From an uncultured Actinomycetota bacterium (GTDB taxonomy: Bacteria > Actinomycetota > Actinomycetes > JAHEKZ01): 64,000 nt of DNA. Below are positions 63,372 through 64,000 of the stretch, in pieces; position 1 is the first letter of the stretch; each line of letters begins with the position of its first letter. The DNA lies in contig CAVQYR010000001.1 in the NCBI GenBank assembly GCA_963718235.1, positions 1,824,001-1,888,000 of the forward strand. Reading direction: 5' to 3'. The translations under genes were made by a program, and so were the position numbers. The notes under the pieces were generated by a model. The model worked only from the letters and a program-made list of their open reading frames with translations, searched no databases and was not told where the DNA came from.

Positions 63372-64000
63372 TCGCGGCCCACGTCTCGGTGGACCACGGT
63401 CACGTCAGCGATCACGTCTTCGTCGTCCCTGAGGCGACGTGCGATCTCCTCGGCCATGGCGACACTGCGGTGCTTGCCGCCGGTGCACCCGACGGCCAGC
63501 AGCGCATACCGCTTGCCCTCGCGCTCATAGCCCTCGAGCACGACGCGGAGGGCCGCCTCGAAGCGCTCCACGAACGGCTCCGCCGACGCCTGGCTCAGCA
63601 CGTAGTCGGAGACGCTGGGGTCGAGCCCGGTCCGCATGCGCAGCTCCGGCACCCAGTGGGGATTGGGCAGGAATCGGCAGTCGGCGACCATGTCGGCGTC
63701 GGCCGGAAGACCGTACTTGTACCCGAAGGACATCACCGTGACCCGGTTCACCGCGGTGTCCGGGTGGGCGAACACCTGCTCGATCCGGTGACGCAGCTGG
63801 TGCACGTTGAGGTCCGACGTGTCGATCAGTACGTCAGCCGACTCGTGCAGGTTGACGAGCATCGCGCGTTCGTCGGCGATCCCGTCGACGATCCTTCGCT
63901 CACCCTGCAGCGGGTGGGGGCGCCGGGAGCTCTCGAACCGGCGGACCAGCGAGTCGTCGTCGGCCTCGAGGTAGACCAGGCGTACCGGCGTGCCCTGCGC
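63368..64000 (-). CDS. rapZ: RapZ/YvcJ nucleotide-binding protein (5' part outside window)
   Basis: RRPHPL, IDTS, SFGYKYGLP, D.RFLPNPHW, GCTGGKHRSV. Confidence 0.93.
   Translation of the reverse strand, partial: AQGTPVRLVYLEADDDSLVRRFESSRRPHPLQGERRIVDGIADERAMLVNLHESADVLIDTSDLNVHQLRHRIEQVFAHPDTAVNRVTVMSFGYKYGLPADADMVADCRFLPNPHWVPELRMRTGLDPSVSDYVLSQASAEPFVERFEAALRVVLEGYEREGKRYALLAVGCTGGKHRSVAMAEEIARRLRDDEDVIADVTVVHRDVGRE

Overview
High-GC actinobacterial chromosome segment. Left to right: the end of a lytic transglycosylase gene; a nitrate-respiration module (SufR/ArnR-like regulator-narGHJI, divergent narK1-narK2, moaA-moaE-DUF6457 and moeA); serB, sixA, a K+ channel, fabI, fabG and tldD-tldE; a ~6.3 kb decayed integrative element inserted in the 3' end of tldE (33-bp att repeat, amber-inactivated tyrosine integrase, IS110 remnant, DUF1269 plus arylsulfatase cargo, and a hairpin-dense non-coding right end); dodecin, DUF3099, SURF1, an S66 peptidase, an SDR and ABC genes; the complete suf operon (sufU frameshifted); an ABC-2 pair; a DUF4397-sortase F-SigK/RskA-like cassette; ctaA; a secreted protein with a two-component system; ctaB; tkt-tal followed by a Pgl homologue that has lost its catalytic motifs (no zwf/opcA here); rbpA, secG, tpiA-pgk-gap, whiA, yvcK and partial rapZ. 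No rRNA, tRNA or CRISPR array was seen. Family assignments come from motif recognition by eye, not database searches.
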